The notes under the pieces: generated by a model | Seen by the model: only the letters and a program-made list of their open reading frames with translations | Told to the model about the DNA's origin: nothing | The model's database searches: none | NCBI RefSeq assembly: GCF_009914755.1 | Contig: NC_060931.1 | Direction: 5' to 3' (one strand) | DNA: 64,000 nucleotides | Origin: the human T2T-CHM13v2.0 reference genome, Homo sapiens | Made by a program: the position numbers and the translations under genes | In this document: positions 15,985 to 30,065 of the stretch, piece by piece | Numbering within the stretch: the first letter of the stretch is position 1 | How the letters are laid out: every line of letters begins with the position of its first letter

Positions 15985-18900
15985 AATAGACTTTAGTTTA
16001 GCTTTTTAGAGCAGTTTTAGATTCACAGCAAAATGGAAGGGGAAGTACGGAGAGTTCCTATATATCCCCTACCAGAGTGGTACTTATTTACAGTTAATGA
16101 GTCTGCAGTGACATGTCTTTATCATCCAAAGTCCATTGGATATATTAGGCTTCACTCTTGGTGTTAATTCTGCAGGTTTTGACAAATGTATAATATATGT
16201 ATTCACTATTATAGTATCATAGAGTATTTTCACTGTAAGGATTCACCCTAAGAATCCACCTATTCAACCATCTCTCCCTACTAACCCCTGGAAACCACAG
16301 GTATTTTAAACTGTCTCCATAGTTTTGCCTTTTCCAGAATGGCATATAGGTAGAATCACACAGTATGTGGCCTTTTCAGACTGGCTTCTTTCACTTAGTA
16401 ATATGCATTTAATTTTCTTCCATGTCTTTTCGTGGCTTAAAAGCTCATTTATTTTTAGCACTCAGTAATATTCCATTGTCTGAATGTACCACAGTTTATA
16501 TATCAGTTTACCTACTGAAGGACATCTTGGTTGCCTCCAAGTTTTGGCAATTATAAATAAAGCTGCTACATATATCCATGTGCAGGTTTTTGTGTAGACA
16601 TAAGTCTTTGACTTCTTTGAGTAGATATCAAGGAGCATGGTTGCTAGACTGTATGGTAAGAATATGTTTCGTGGCTTTTCTTCTTCCAGCATTGGAGTCG
16701 ATTGTTACTTCTTTATTTTTCATTTTATTGTGGTAAGAACACAGTATGAGATATACCCTCTTAAATTATTAACTGTACAATATTTTATTATTTTTGATAC
16801 AATACTGTAGAGCAGATCTCTAGAGTTTATGCATCTTGCTTAACTGAAAGTCCCATTCCCCTACCACCCTCTAGAAACCACCATTTGACTTTTATTTTAT
16901 GAATTTGACATTTTAGATACTTCATAAAAATGAAATCATGCAGTATTTGTCTTTCTGTGATTGGCTTATTTCACTTAGTGTAATGTCCTTGCTGTTTATC
17001 CATGTTGTTAACTTATTGCAGAATTTCCTTCTTTTTTAAAGCTGAATAGGTACGTCTTATTTTCTTTATCCATTCATTTGTCAAAAGATATTTAGGTTGT
17101 TTCTATATAATGGCTATTGTGAATAGTGCTACAATAAAAACAGGAATGCTAATGTCTAGATTTCGGTTCTTTTGGATAAATACCCAGAAGTAAGACTGCT
17201 GGATCATATGGCAGTTCTGTTTTTAGACTTTCTGAGGAACCTCTGTGCTGTTTTCAGTAGCAGCTGCACTGTTTTGTATTCCCACCATAGTGTACAAGGT
17301 TTTCAATTTCTCCACATTCTCCCTAACACTTGTCTTTTGGTTTTTTGATGACAGCCATCCTGACAGGCATGAGGTGATATCTCATTGTGTTTTAATTTGC
17401 ATTTCCCTGATAAGCGATGTCAAGCACTTTTTCATATACCTGTTGGCCAGTGTGTCTTATTGTAGAAATATCTATTCAAGTACTTAGCCCATTTTATAAC
17501 AAAATCAGGTTATAGGGGTTTTTGCTATTGAGGTGAAGGAATTCCTTATATATTTTGTAGACTACCCCTTATTAGATGTATAGTTTGCACATTTTTTTTC
17601 CATTCTATAGGCCACTTTTTCACTCTATTGTTTCCTTGGTTGTACAGAAGCGTTTTAGTTTGATGTAGTCCCATGTGTTTATTTTTGGGTTTGTTGCCTA
17701 TGCTTTTGGTGTCGTATCTATGAAATCTTTGCAGAGATCAGCGCCATGGAGCTTTTCCCCTACATTTCTGGAAGTTTTATAGTTTCAGCTCTTATATTTA
17801 AGTGTTTAGCCCATTTTGAGTTGACTTTTTTATATAGTATCCAATTTTATTCTTTTGCATGTGGATATCCAGTTTCCCACCATTATTTGTTGAAGATATT
17901 ATTCTTTTCCCATTGTGTATCCTTGGCACCCGTATTGAAGATTATTTGGTCATAAATGTGTGGTCTTATTTTGGGGCCCTGTATTCTATCCTGTAAGTAT
18001 AGATGTCTCTGTCAGTGTCATACTCATTTGATTACTGTAGCTTTGTAATATTAATTTGAAATCAGAGAAAGTGATGACTCTCGCTTTGTTCTTTTTTCTC
18101 AGGATTGATTTGATATGGCTATTCATGGTCTTTGGTGTTTCCATATGAATCACAGAACTCTTTTTCCTATTTTTGTAAAGGGTGCCATTGGGATTTTGAT
18201 AGTGATTGTATTGAATGTGTAGATCACTTAGAGTAGTATAGGCATTTTAACAATATTAAGTCTTCTGATCCACCAACAGGGGATGTCTTTCCATTTATTT
18301 CAGTCTTCTTTAATTTCTTTTATCAATGTTTTATAGTTTTCATTATACAAGTCTTAGTTAGGTTTATTCCTATTTTATTCTTTCTGGTGCTATTGTAAAT
18401 GGGATATTTTGTAAAATGGGATATTGTAAAAGGGATATCACCTTTTCAGGTAGTTCATTATTAGTATATAGAAACACAATGGATTTTTGTATGCAGATTT
18501 TGTAACCTGTAACTTTCTGAGTTTATTGATTAGTTCTCACAGTTGTTTTTTTTTTTTAATGGAGTCCATAGGGTTTTCTATATACATATATAAGATCATG
18601 TCCTCTGGAAACAGGGACAATTTTACTTCTTCATTTCCAGTTTACATGCCTTTTCATTCGTTCTCTTGCCTAATTGCTCTGGCTTGGACTTCCAGTATTA
18701 TGTTGAATAGAAGTGGCAAGGTGAGCATCCTTGCCTTGTTCCTGATCTTAGAGTAAAAGCCTTCAGTTTTTTACCTTCAGTGGCCAGGTGAGCATCCTTG
18801 CCTTTTTCCTGATCTTAGAGTAAAAGCCTTCAGTTTTTTACCTTTAAGTATGCTGTTAGCTGTGGGCTTTTCATATACGGCCTATATTATATTGAAGTAC

Positions 18901-20750
18901 TTTCCTTCTATTCTTAGTTTGTTGAGGAAAGGATGTTGAATTTTGTCAGGTGCTTTTTCTCTATTGAGAGGATCATGGATTTTTATCCTTTATTCTGTTT
19001 GTATGGTTTATCGAATTAATTGATTTGCATATATTGAACCATACTTGCATCCCAGGGATAAATCCCACTTAGTCATGGTGGGCAATCCTTTTAATGTGTT
19101 GTTACATTTAGTTTTCTAGTATTTTCTTGAGAATTTTTGTATCTATGTTCATGAAGGATATTAGCCTGTGGCTTCCTTTTCTTCTGGTATCTTTGTCTAG
19201 ATCTTTCGTATCAGGTTAATGTGAGCGTCCTAAAATGAATTGAAAGTTCACTCTCCTTCTATTTGAGTTTAAGAAGGATTGGCATTAATTATTCTTTAAA
19301 CATTTTATAGAATTCACCAATGAAGCCATCTAATCCTGGGCTTTCTTTGTTAAGAGATTTTCGATTACTGATTAAATCTCCATAATAGTTATAGGCCTGT
19401 TCAGACTTTCTATTTATCCAAAATTTAGTCTTGGTAATTTGTATGTTTCTAGGCATTTATCTTCTTCTTCCAGATTATTTAGATTGTTGTTATACCACTG
19501 TTCATAACAGTCTCTTATGATTCTTTTTATTTCTGTAGTATCAGCTATGAAGTTTCCTCTTTCATTTTTTATTTTATTTGAGTCTTCTCCATTTTTCATA
19601 ATTAGTTTAGCTAAGAGTTTGTCAATTTTGGCTTTTCAAAAAACTAATTCTTAGTTTCACTGATTTTTTTCTATTGTTTTTCTATTTTCTATTTTGTTTC
19701 TGCTTTGATCTTTGTTTTTCCTTTCTTCTGCTAATTTTGGTCTTAGTTTGTTCTTTTCTATCTCCTCGAGGTATAAAATTAGGTCTTTTTTGAGATCTTT
19801 ATTCTTTTTTAAATATATACATTTATCACAATAAATTTCCCTCTTAGTACTGCTTTTGCTATATCCCATTAATTCTGGTATGTTATGTTTTCATTTTTGT
19901 CTCAAATTGTTCTTAGTTTCCTTTTTTATTTCTACTTTGACCCAATGATTGTTCAAGATTCTGCGTTTAATTTCTTTACACTTGAGAATGTGAATATTCC
20001 AGTTTTCCTTCTGCTATTTATCTAGTTTCACCCCATTATGGTCAGTAATAATACTTGTTTGTTAAATTTGTTAAGGCTTGTTTTGTGGCCTAACATGTGA
20101 TCTATCCTGGAGAAAGTTCCAGATGTGCTTGAGAAGACCATGTAGCCTGCTGCTGTTGGATACAATGTTCTGTATATGTCTGTTAGATCCATTTGGTCTA
20201 AATGTTGTTCAAGCCCTCTGTTTCCTTATTGATCATCTATGTTGATATTCTATTATTGAAATGAGGTATTGAAGTCTCCTGCTATTATTGTATTGCCGTT
20301 TCTCTCTTCGGTTCTATCAATGTTTGCTTTATGTATTTAGGTGCTCTGATGTTGGCTGCATATATATTTGTGATTGTTGTATCTTCCTAGTGGATTGGCC
20401 CTTTTATTTGTTATATCTTCCTAGTGGATTGACCCTTTTATCATTACATAATATCTTTCTTTGTCTCTCATGACAGTTTTTTACTTAAAGTCTATTTTAT
20501 CTGATATAAGTATAGCTATTCTTGCTCTCTTTTAGTTACCATTTTAGCATGGAATATTTTCCCATCCCTTAATTCAGTCTACGTATTTCCTTAAATCTAA
20601 AGGGAGTATCTTGTAGATAGATTGTAGTTGGGTCCTCTTTTTTTAATCCATTCAGCCATTCTGTGTCCTTTGATTGAGTTTAGTCCATTTATACTTAAGG
20701 TCATTATTGATAGAAGATTTACTATTGCCATTTTGTTGTTTTCTATTAGT
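15985..20750 (-). mobile_element. Antisense old L1M fragments (L1MC-like 3' end 15985-16670; L1MA/MB-like 16720-20750)
   Basis: ORF2-like peptides in minus ORFs 16462-16692, 19414-19599 and 20597-20809; T-rich L1 text. Confidence 0.8.
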
Positions 20751-20811
20751 CTTACAGTTTTTTTCTCTTTTCTTCTCTTCAAATTATTTCTAATGCTGTC
20801 ACTACCCACAG

Positions 20812-20858
20812 AGAACTGACATTTTTATTGAGATGACACAAAAGCAGTATAATAAAAG
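20812..20858 (+). other. Candidate alternative/poison exon of AGBL3 (47 nt, in-frame TGA)
   Basis: ctaat branch-like motif at 20790, cacAG acceptor, AAG|GTaatg donor. Spliced after the 15591-15703 exon it reads RELTFLLR-stop; AATAAA at 20851. Confidence 0.5.
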
Positions 20859-22221
20859 GTAATGAATAATAACTGGAAAATTCAATGCCACAGGAATATA
20901 GTTGGAAGAAAGAATGTACTAATTTTATAAGCTCCCACTTATAGGTGAGTACAGTACTTACAGGAAAGGTAAAACAAATGTATGATTCTTCCCTTATATT
21001 TACACATTTTTCAGTCTTGAGTTAGTGCCCCTGCAACCTTCCCTGGTGACTAATATGTTTGTTTCCAGATGCAGAGTATGATTTTGAGCTCGAGTTTGTT
21101 TATATAATATTGGATGTGCTCTAATCAATTTCAGTCATTATTACTTGAATGCTCAAATTTTCCCAAACCTCAACAATACAAGACCAATTAAGTTGGCCTG
21201 TGTTTTTTGACATGACTCTCATAGTCTTCAGTAACTTTCAGCCATGATAAGATTTCCCAGGCTCATCTTGTACATTTCCTGCACCAGAACTGGAATCTGC
21301 CATTTCTCTCAGAAGTCCTGGTTCTTTTCAGTAAAAAGGGATATTTAGATAACATAGCCTAGATGATAGTTATTATTGCGTCTAGGTTTTTTTTTCCAGG
21401 GGATTGAGTTAGGAAATATGTGTTTTCATGAGAAAAAATCTTCAGTTCATAATTATATTTCCAGTTCAAATTTAAGATTATAGAACTTATTCTTCCTTAT
21501 TTTTTATACTTGTATCTCCCTTCTCTTATACTGAAAAAATCTTCATTCCTAATTACTTTAGGGTAAATATTCACCTGCTTCTTCCTTTTCCTATCATATA
21601 CCCATAATAATGCTACCAATAAAATGACTATTGAATGCAGTTTAACATTTCTTTGTAATTCTTTTTAAGCTTAGTATAAAGTATTTTTTAAAAGGAAAGA
21701 GATTATTTTTTCTATGTGGCTATGCTACCAGTCTGACAGTTAAGTGTCTTTGTTTTTGATTATATTAACTTTTAGAAATAACTTCCATTAATTTTTTTGT
21801 TTTTAAATTATATAACACATTTACATAAGAACATCAAAACCATATAACAGGGAACATTCAAAAAAGTGTTGATTCTACCCCATCCCCCCTTCTGTACCCT
21901 GTTTCCTCCCTTGTTCCATGGGTAACCATTTTCATTAATTTTTTTTACTTATTCTTTGTTTTACTTCAAAAATATGAGTGAATAACTACATATTTTCATG
22001 TCCCTGTACCTTATACGAAAGGTAGCATACCATCAGCATTGTTCCATATCTAGCTATTTTCACTTACAATACTCTGGAAATCACTGTAGATTTTTCAGTA
22101 CATAGGGGTTTTCCTTATTTCTGTGTAGTACTCCACAGGGTGGATATATCATAATTTACTCAGTCTGTCCTCTACTGATGGAACATTTGAAAATCGCCTA
22201 CTTTTTCCAATTAGCACTTTT

Positions 22222-22469
22222 TTTCCAGAGATTCGGGGGGCTATATGTGTGGGCTTGTTACACGTATTTATTGCATAATGCTGGGGTTTGGGCTTCCATT
22301 GAACCCATCACCCAAATTGTGAATATAGTGCCCAATAGGTAGTTTTTCAACCCCTCTCCCCCACCTTCCTCCCCCATCTTGGAGTCCCCAGTGCCTGTTG
22401 TTTCCATCTTTACATCCATGTGTACCCTTAGTTTAGCTCCCACTTGTAAGTGAGAACATGCGGTATTTG
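22222..22469 (-). mobile_element. Old L1PA/L1PB 3' end fragment
   Basis: gaacccatcacccaaattgtgaatatagtgcccaataggtag...agctcccacttgtaagtgagaacatgcggtattt. Confidence 0.8.
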
Positions 22470-23074
22470 AAAATGATTTACTTTTAAATGTGGTTCTAAA
22501 TGAGGATAAGAGACAGAAGTGAGATCAAATAAGATAATGTGTAAGTAAATCCTCTATAACTTTGTGCTATAAAATACTATATAAATAATATATATCATGT
22601 GTTATCTATCTAGAATACCTTTTAAGAAATTCAGGAATTTATGGTAAATTGGGACATAAACTTGATTTGCTAGCACCAATCAATATTCTACAGGAGTCTG
22701 GAGTCTGTTTTTTGGGGTTGCAGAATCATTCCATGTTGGTTATTTCGGAAACTTTGTAACATCTGATACACATTGAAGAAAGCTTCATCCTTACATGTGC
22801 AGAAATATTACAAATGTGCTACTTATGTATATTGCCCTTTTGAAAAAGGAACATAATAACCACTTTTTCCAGAGATATAAACCAATTTTAAATGAAAGCG
22901 TCCAAATATTTTAAGAACTTTGCATGCAGAAACATGTAGAAGGCATAGCTTCATTCTTTGCTTAAGAAAGCAAGGCCACACCAGAAGTGATGGGTGAAAA
23001 ATGCGTGAAGCTGACTTTCAGGACAATAAAAGGAAGAACTCCCTAATAATGAGTGCTAATTCTGAGAAGGGTTA

Positions 23075-23467
<393 letters not shown>

Positions 23468-24582
23468 CTATGGGACTTAATAAAATAATTCCTGTATTGT
23501 GACAAAGATTTAGTTAAATTATTCCTGAGACCTAAAAAATGATAAGATTCTAATGGATACTGTCAATTTAACAATTCGTCTTAAGAAAATAAAAACATTT
23601 CTAATAAATAGGAAATGGACATTTAAAATATAGTCTGCCAGTCAATGTCTTCGATTTTAAGAAGAATAAGTATATATTAAATAGAAAATACTATTATAAA
23701 GCAATTTAAAACATAGACCTTTCAGTATAGATTCCTACTGTGTCAAAATCAAGGCTGATATGAACAACAGTTATGATATATTAATTATTTAAAAATTTGT
23801 TTACTTTTATTGTTTCATAAATTTGGTTACCTTCTATGATGGCATAAGTGAAACACATCAAGTCAGTACTGAGAGACCCTTAACTTTCTAACCATATGTG
23901 GCAGCCTTCTATATAATTTTAGGAGTTTCCATATTACAAATGAGGAGTTTAAGGCCTACAATGAATTAACCTCAGCCTGTCCTCTTGCCTTTGGCTGTCT
24001 TTAAGCTGGATCTAACACAGAAATAAAGATAAGTAAATTTACCTGGAAGGCCATTTTATAAGCACCTTGTAGCTGTATCTGAGAAGCAAAGTAAAATAAA
24101 ATCCATTGGAACTTAAATTGTGAGTGCAGAGGAGAAATTTTCCAAATGAAACTTAAATTCCTTTTATAGCTGCTGCTGAAAAAGGAAGCATTGTGTTTCA
24201 AAATAAGGAAATGTAGAAGTTTCTTTGATTTAAGCATTGATACATTTTCTGATTTGCAATGGAAAATATTTGCTTATAGAGAATACAGTAGTACCACTAG
24301 GACAAACAATATTTTACAATTAATATAAAAAAGATAAAGCAACTTTAAAAGGTGTGTTGTTTAATGAAAAAATATTTTCTAATGCACATTGAATCAGATA
24401 TTGTGGTAAATATAATAAACTACTTATGTAGTTTCTTAGCCAAAAAAGGAAAATATTTAATGGTAGATAATTAAAATATGCTTAAAAACATAAATATGTG
24501 TGTATACACATTACTGTAGTTATAAAAATATGCATGCACACATATATTTGTATGTTTCCTTATTTCCAAAATACAACCCAGA

Positions 24583-27500
24583 GAGTTTTCTTATTTATCA
24601 ATCTGTATAGCTTCTTATTTGCTTCTCTTATTGTCTTACTCTGTTTAATGTTGCTACAACAGAATACCTAAAACTGGGTAATTTATAAAGAAAACAGGTT
24701 TATTTAGCTCATAGTTTTGCAGGTGAGGAAGTACAAGAAGCATGATGGTAGCACCTGCTCAGCTTCTGGTGAGGGCTTTTGATGCTACATCATAACATGG
24801 CAGAGAAGGTCAAAGGGGAAGTGGACACAGGCGAAGAGGCAAAAACCCAAGGGACATCTTTGCTTTATAATAACCCACTCTTGTGGGAACGAATCCATCA
24901 CCACAACTAATCCAGTCTCACAAGAGTGAGAACCCGGTCATTCATAAGGGACCCACCCCCATGACCCAAACACCTCCCACTAGGCCCTACCTCCCAACAC
25001 TGGCACATTAGGAATCAAATTTCAACATGAGTTTGGGTGGGGACAAACCATAAGTGCTGAACCATATTATAGTACTTGTCTTACTGTATTAGCTAGAACT
25101 TCCAGTATGATACTGAGTAGAAGTGCTATGAGAAGACATCCTTATCCTGTCCTCAAAGCAGGAAAGCATCTAGTTTCTCACCATTATGTATGTTAGCTGT
25201 AAGGTTTCTGTAGATATCAAGTTGAACAAGATTCCCTCTACTTAGTTAGCTGAGAGTTTTTGTCATGAATATGTGTTGGATTTTGTCAAATGCTTTATGT
25301 CAAAAATATATTGATATAATTTTTTTTCTGCTTTAGCCTGTTAATGTGACAGATTACATCAACTGATTTTTGAATGTTGAAACAACCTGGCATACCTGGA
25401 ATAAATCCTATTTGGTCATGGTGTATAATTCTTTTTATTCCTTGTTGGACTCAATTTGCTAATATTTTCTTAAAGATTTTTGCACCTGTGTTCATAAGAC
25501 ATATTGGTGTAGTTTTTCTTTCTTACAGTAACTTTGTCTGCTTTTGGTATTAGGATAATGCTAGCCTTTTAGAAAAAGTAAGTGTTCTCTCTGTTTCTAT
25601 TTTCTGGAACAGATTTTAGAAAACTAGTATTTTTTTTCCTTAAATGTTTGGTAGAATCCACAATAAACCATCTGGGACTTGTGCTTTGTTTTGTAGGGTC
25701 ACTAATTATCAATTCGATTTCTTTAATTGATATATAGATCTATATATCTATCTATTAGATCTATATCTCTCCCAGTGTGAGTTCTGGTACACTGTGTCTT
25801 TCAAGAAGCTGGTCTGTTTCATCTAAGCTATAAAATTTATGAGGACACAGTTGTTAGTATCCCTTCTTTATCTCTTTAATTTCCATAGCATCAGTAGCAA
25901 TGACCCCTCTTTTATTTCTGATGTTAGCAAGTTGGGTTCTTTCTTTTTTCTTGGTTAACCTGGCCAGGGATTTATCTATTTTATTGATCTTTTCAAAGCA
26001 GCAGCATTGTGTTCATTGATTATTGATTCCCTGTTTTCAGTTTCTCTGATTTTTAAATTACTTCTTTTTTTCTGCTTGCATTACGTCTCTATTTCTCCTT
26101 TTTCTGATTTCCTAATGTGGACACTTGGATTGTTCATTTTAAAGCTTTCTTCTTTTCTGACATATGCATTCAATGCTATAAATTTCCCTCTAAGCACTGC
26201 TTGTGCACCATTCTACAAATATTGATAAGTTGTATTTTAAATTTAATTTAGTTAAAATATTTATCTTTGTTCACACTGGACATGGTTATCTATGTAGAAA
26301 ATATCAAAGAATTTTTTAAAAACCTGAAACTAATAATTATAGAAGGATTTAAAGATAAAAGGTTAATATACAATTGCCTTTCAATATACCAGCCACGAAC
26401 AACTGGAATTTAAAATTAAAAAAAAATACCATCTATGCTAGCACAAAAATTTAAAATACTTGGATTAAAGCTACCAAAATATGTGAAAGATGTATATGAG
26501 GAAAATTACAAACTCTGAGGAAAGAAATCAAAGAGGATCTAAATAAATGGAGAGAGAGTTTGTGTTCATAGACAGGAAGATGATATTGTTAAGATGTCAG
26601 TTCCTCCTGGCATGATTTTTGACTCAATGTAATTCCAATCAAAATCCCAGAAAGTTATTTTGTGGCTATAGACAAACTAATTCTAAAATTTGTGTGGGTA
26701 TGTAAAAGACCTGAAATAGCTAACAAAATACTGAAGAAGGACAAAAATCCAAGGACCTACACTACTTGACTTTAAGACTTACTATAAAGCTACATAATTA
26801 AAACAGTGCAGTACTAGAGAAAGAACAGACAAATAGACCAATAAAACAAAATAGAGAACCCAGAAATATATCCAATATATTTGTCACCGCTGACAAATAT
26901 AGTCAATGGTGTTTGAAAAAAGAGCAACAAAAATCCCTAGTTAAATGGAGAAATAAGGTCTTTTTGACAAATGTTACTGGAACAATTGGACATCCACAGG
27001 CAAAATGTGAACTAGAAGCAACTTTACACCTTTCACGAAAATTAACTCCAAATGAATTATAGACCTAGATGTAAAATACAAAACTATAAAACTCCTAGGG
27101 GATAACATAGGAGGAAAGCTAAATTCTCTTGAATTTGGTAATGACTTTTTAGATATGACAAAATCATGATCCATGAAAGAAAAAAATTAGTAGGTCTAAA
27201 GATGGTTGAAAACTGAAAAAAAATAAAAATAAAAGATGCTTGCCATCATTTTCATTAGGGAATTGCAGACTAAAACAACAGTGAAATATCATGACACACC
27301 TAATTATAATAGCTAAAATCCAAAGTAGTGACAATACTAAATGCCAGTGAGGATGAGGAGCAACAGGAACTCTCCTTCTTTGCTAGTGGGAATGCAAAAT
27401 GGTACAGCTATTTTGGAAGCCAGTTTGGCAGTTTACAAAGCTAAGCATAGTCTCAACACTTGATCCAGCAATTGCATTCATATAGCAGCTTTATTCATGA

Positions 27501-28095
27501 TTGACAAAACCTGGAAGCAACCAAAATGTCCTTCAATAGGTGAATGGATAAAGAAACATATGTTCAGACAATAAAATGTTATTCAGTGATTTTTTAAAAT
27601 GAGCTATCAAACCATAAAAATATATGGCAGAACTTTAATTTATATTACTAAGTGGAAAATGTAAGTCTGAAAAGGCCACATACTATATGATCCCAGCTAT
27701 ATGACACTGGGTTGCCAGAAGTTCTGGGAAAACGAAGGATGAATAGATGGAACACAGAGGAATTTTAGGGCAGTTTAACTACTATTTATGATACTGTAAT
27801 GATGGCTATATATCATTATAAAGTTGTCAAAACTCATAGAATGTATACCACAAGAGTAAACCCTAAGGTAAACTATAATTTTTAATAATGTATCAGTGTT
27901 GTTTAATCAATTGTAACAAATGTACCACATACTATCAGATATCTAATTTACAAATGTACCACATACTATAATTTAGGAAGTTATGCAGGGAATGGGGGCA
28001 TGTGTATGGGAACTCTGTACTACCTGCTCAATTTTTCTGTAAACCTAGAACTTTTCTAAAAACATAAATTATATTAATTTTAAAATAATACATAA
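24583..28095. mobile_element. 5'-inverted (twin-primed) L1MC-like insertion
   Basis: Minus ORF2 segment 24583-~26260 and plus segment ~26265-28095 with 3' UTR; identical 15-bp flanks aaaatacaacccaga. Confidence 0.8.
24632..25074. mobile_element. MaLR solo LTR (MST-like) nested in L1
   Basis: tgtcttactctgttt...aactgggtaatttataaagaaa...cccatgacccaaacacctcccactaggccc; approximate 5-bp TSD cttat/cttgt. Confidence 0.85.
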
Positions 28096-28533
28096 AAAAT
28101 ACAACCCAGAAATATTTTCTTTCTTGTATTGGCTCTCAAGCAAAAAAACGTGCCTACCACTGCATTAAATGATTACAATTAGAAACAGATTTGTTTGACC
28201 CTTTTTTCTTGAGGTACTATGTTTCATATGGTGCTGCATTGCTTTATGTAGAATGGATATAGTAATATAAAAATAAATGAATTTTAAGAGCTAATGATAC
28301 CTATGACATCTAGGAAACTCCCCTGATATAGCATTTATTCATTAACATATTAACAAATCTTGAGTGCCTACTATATGCCAAGCACTATTTCCACTCTGGT
28401 GATACAGCAGTGAGCCAGACAGAAAAAAAAAAATCCTACTTTTCTGGAGCTTACATTCCATTAACACATTCCCAAACCTTTATATCTCTCCACACATTCA
28501 ACAAAAACCCTCTAAGCTGTCTGGAACTACTAA

Positions 28534-28857
<324 letters not shown>

Positions 28858-28969
28858 ACTTCTTATAATTAGAACTTTTCAACCATTCAAATAAGATAAA
28901 TAAAAGCAACAGTTGAAATTTTAAGATGCCACCAAAACACTGTATAAACCAAAATTATTTTTTTTGTAG

Positions 28970-29036
28970 TAGCCGAGGCTCTGACAGTTCAGAATCCATT
29001 GACTCTCTGACTTACCTTCTCAAGTTAACTTCTCAG
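28970..29036 (+). CDS. AGBL3: AGBL3 coding exon (67 nt)
   Basis: T-tract + tAG (tandem TAGTAG) acceptor, CAG|GTatga donor. (S)SRGSDSSESIDSLTYLLKLTSQ continues the frame, with the GSDSS motif of AGBL2/3 tails. Confidence 0.88.
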
Positions 29037-30065
29037 GTATGACTGAACATTTTTGCTTATATGTGGATATGCTGTGTAGGTACTGTTCTTATTGTGACTA
29101 ATAATCAGGCAAAAAAAATTGCAGATATGTAATTATTGTATCATCATTTATTTTCTAACTATGTAGATATTTTAAATCATAGAATTATTTAACTTTAGGG
29201 TTTCTTTTTCTAACATCCTTGTTTTATAGATGAGAATAGTTAAGATCCATAGAGATGAAATTATTTCTTAAAAGCCATACAACTTGTTAGTGACAGAGGT
29301 GGTAGCCTAACATACATCACCTGACTGCTTAATTTATACATTTATTATTCAACTATGTATTGAGCTACAACTATGTATCAGGCACTGGCTGAGTGATGGG
29401 GATAGAGCAGTCAACAAAATGAGACAACAGCTTTCCCTTTGTTATCTTACATTCTGGCTGGGGGAGATACAAAATAAAGAAGATAAGTAAAATACATGAT
29501 GTGTTACATGGGATAAGTGCCTAAAGAGTAAATTAAAGCAGGAGCGGGAATAAAGAGTTTAGGTGGAGATTGCAGTTTGGGATAGAGGCTACCAAAGTGA
29601 AAGATAAATACTTAAGTAAGAACTCAAAGGAAATGAGGAACAAGCCAAGTAGATACTAGGTATATTAACTGCTTTTTGGTACATAACAACTTTAAAACCT
29701 CAGTGGCTTACAACAAACTTTTATTTTCTCACTCATGGGTCTGCCGGTTGGCTCTGTTAGACATGGGTAGGGTCAACTGGTCTTGGATTCAGGCTACAGG
29801 TTGAGTTCAGTTATGTTCCACATGTTTCTCATTTGCTTGGGCTAGAGAATACCCAGGCAAGATCCTATGTTGAAAACCCGGAGTACACAAGGTTAAACCA
29901 AGCAATATAATCCCTAACACACACTGTTAATAGTCTACCTCAAAACCTCTTTTTCCAGTGACCCAAGTCTATCCAGCAGATTTTTCTGTCTTTCAAACTA
30001 TCACTTGAGACAGTTTTACTAAATGTATCACTTCTACATAATTTGTGTCATCATTCTTCAATTCA

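Noticed and set aside
25729-25770. Palindromic gatatatagatctatatatc tract
   Set aside because: Low-complexity TA/GATC slippage inside a degraded L1; no support for function.
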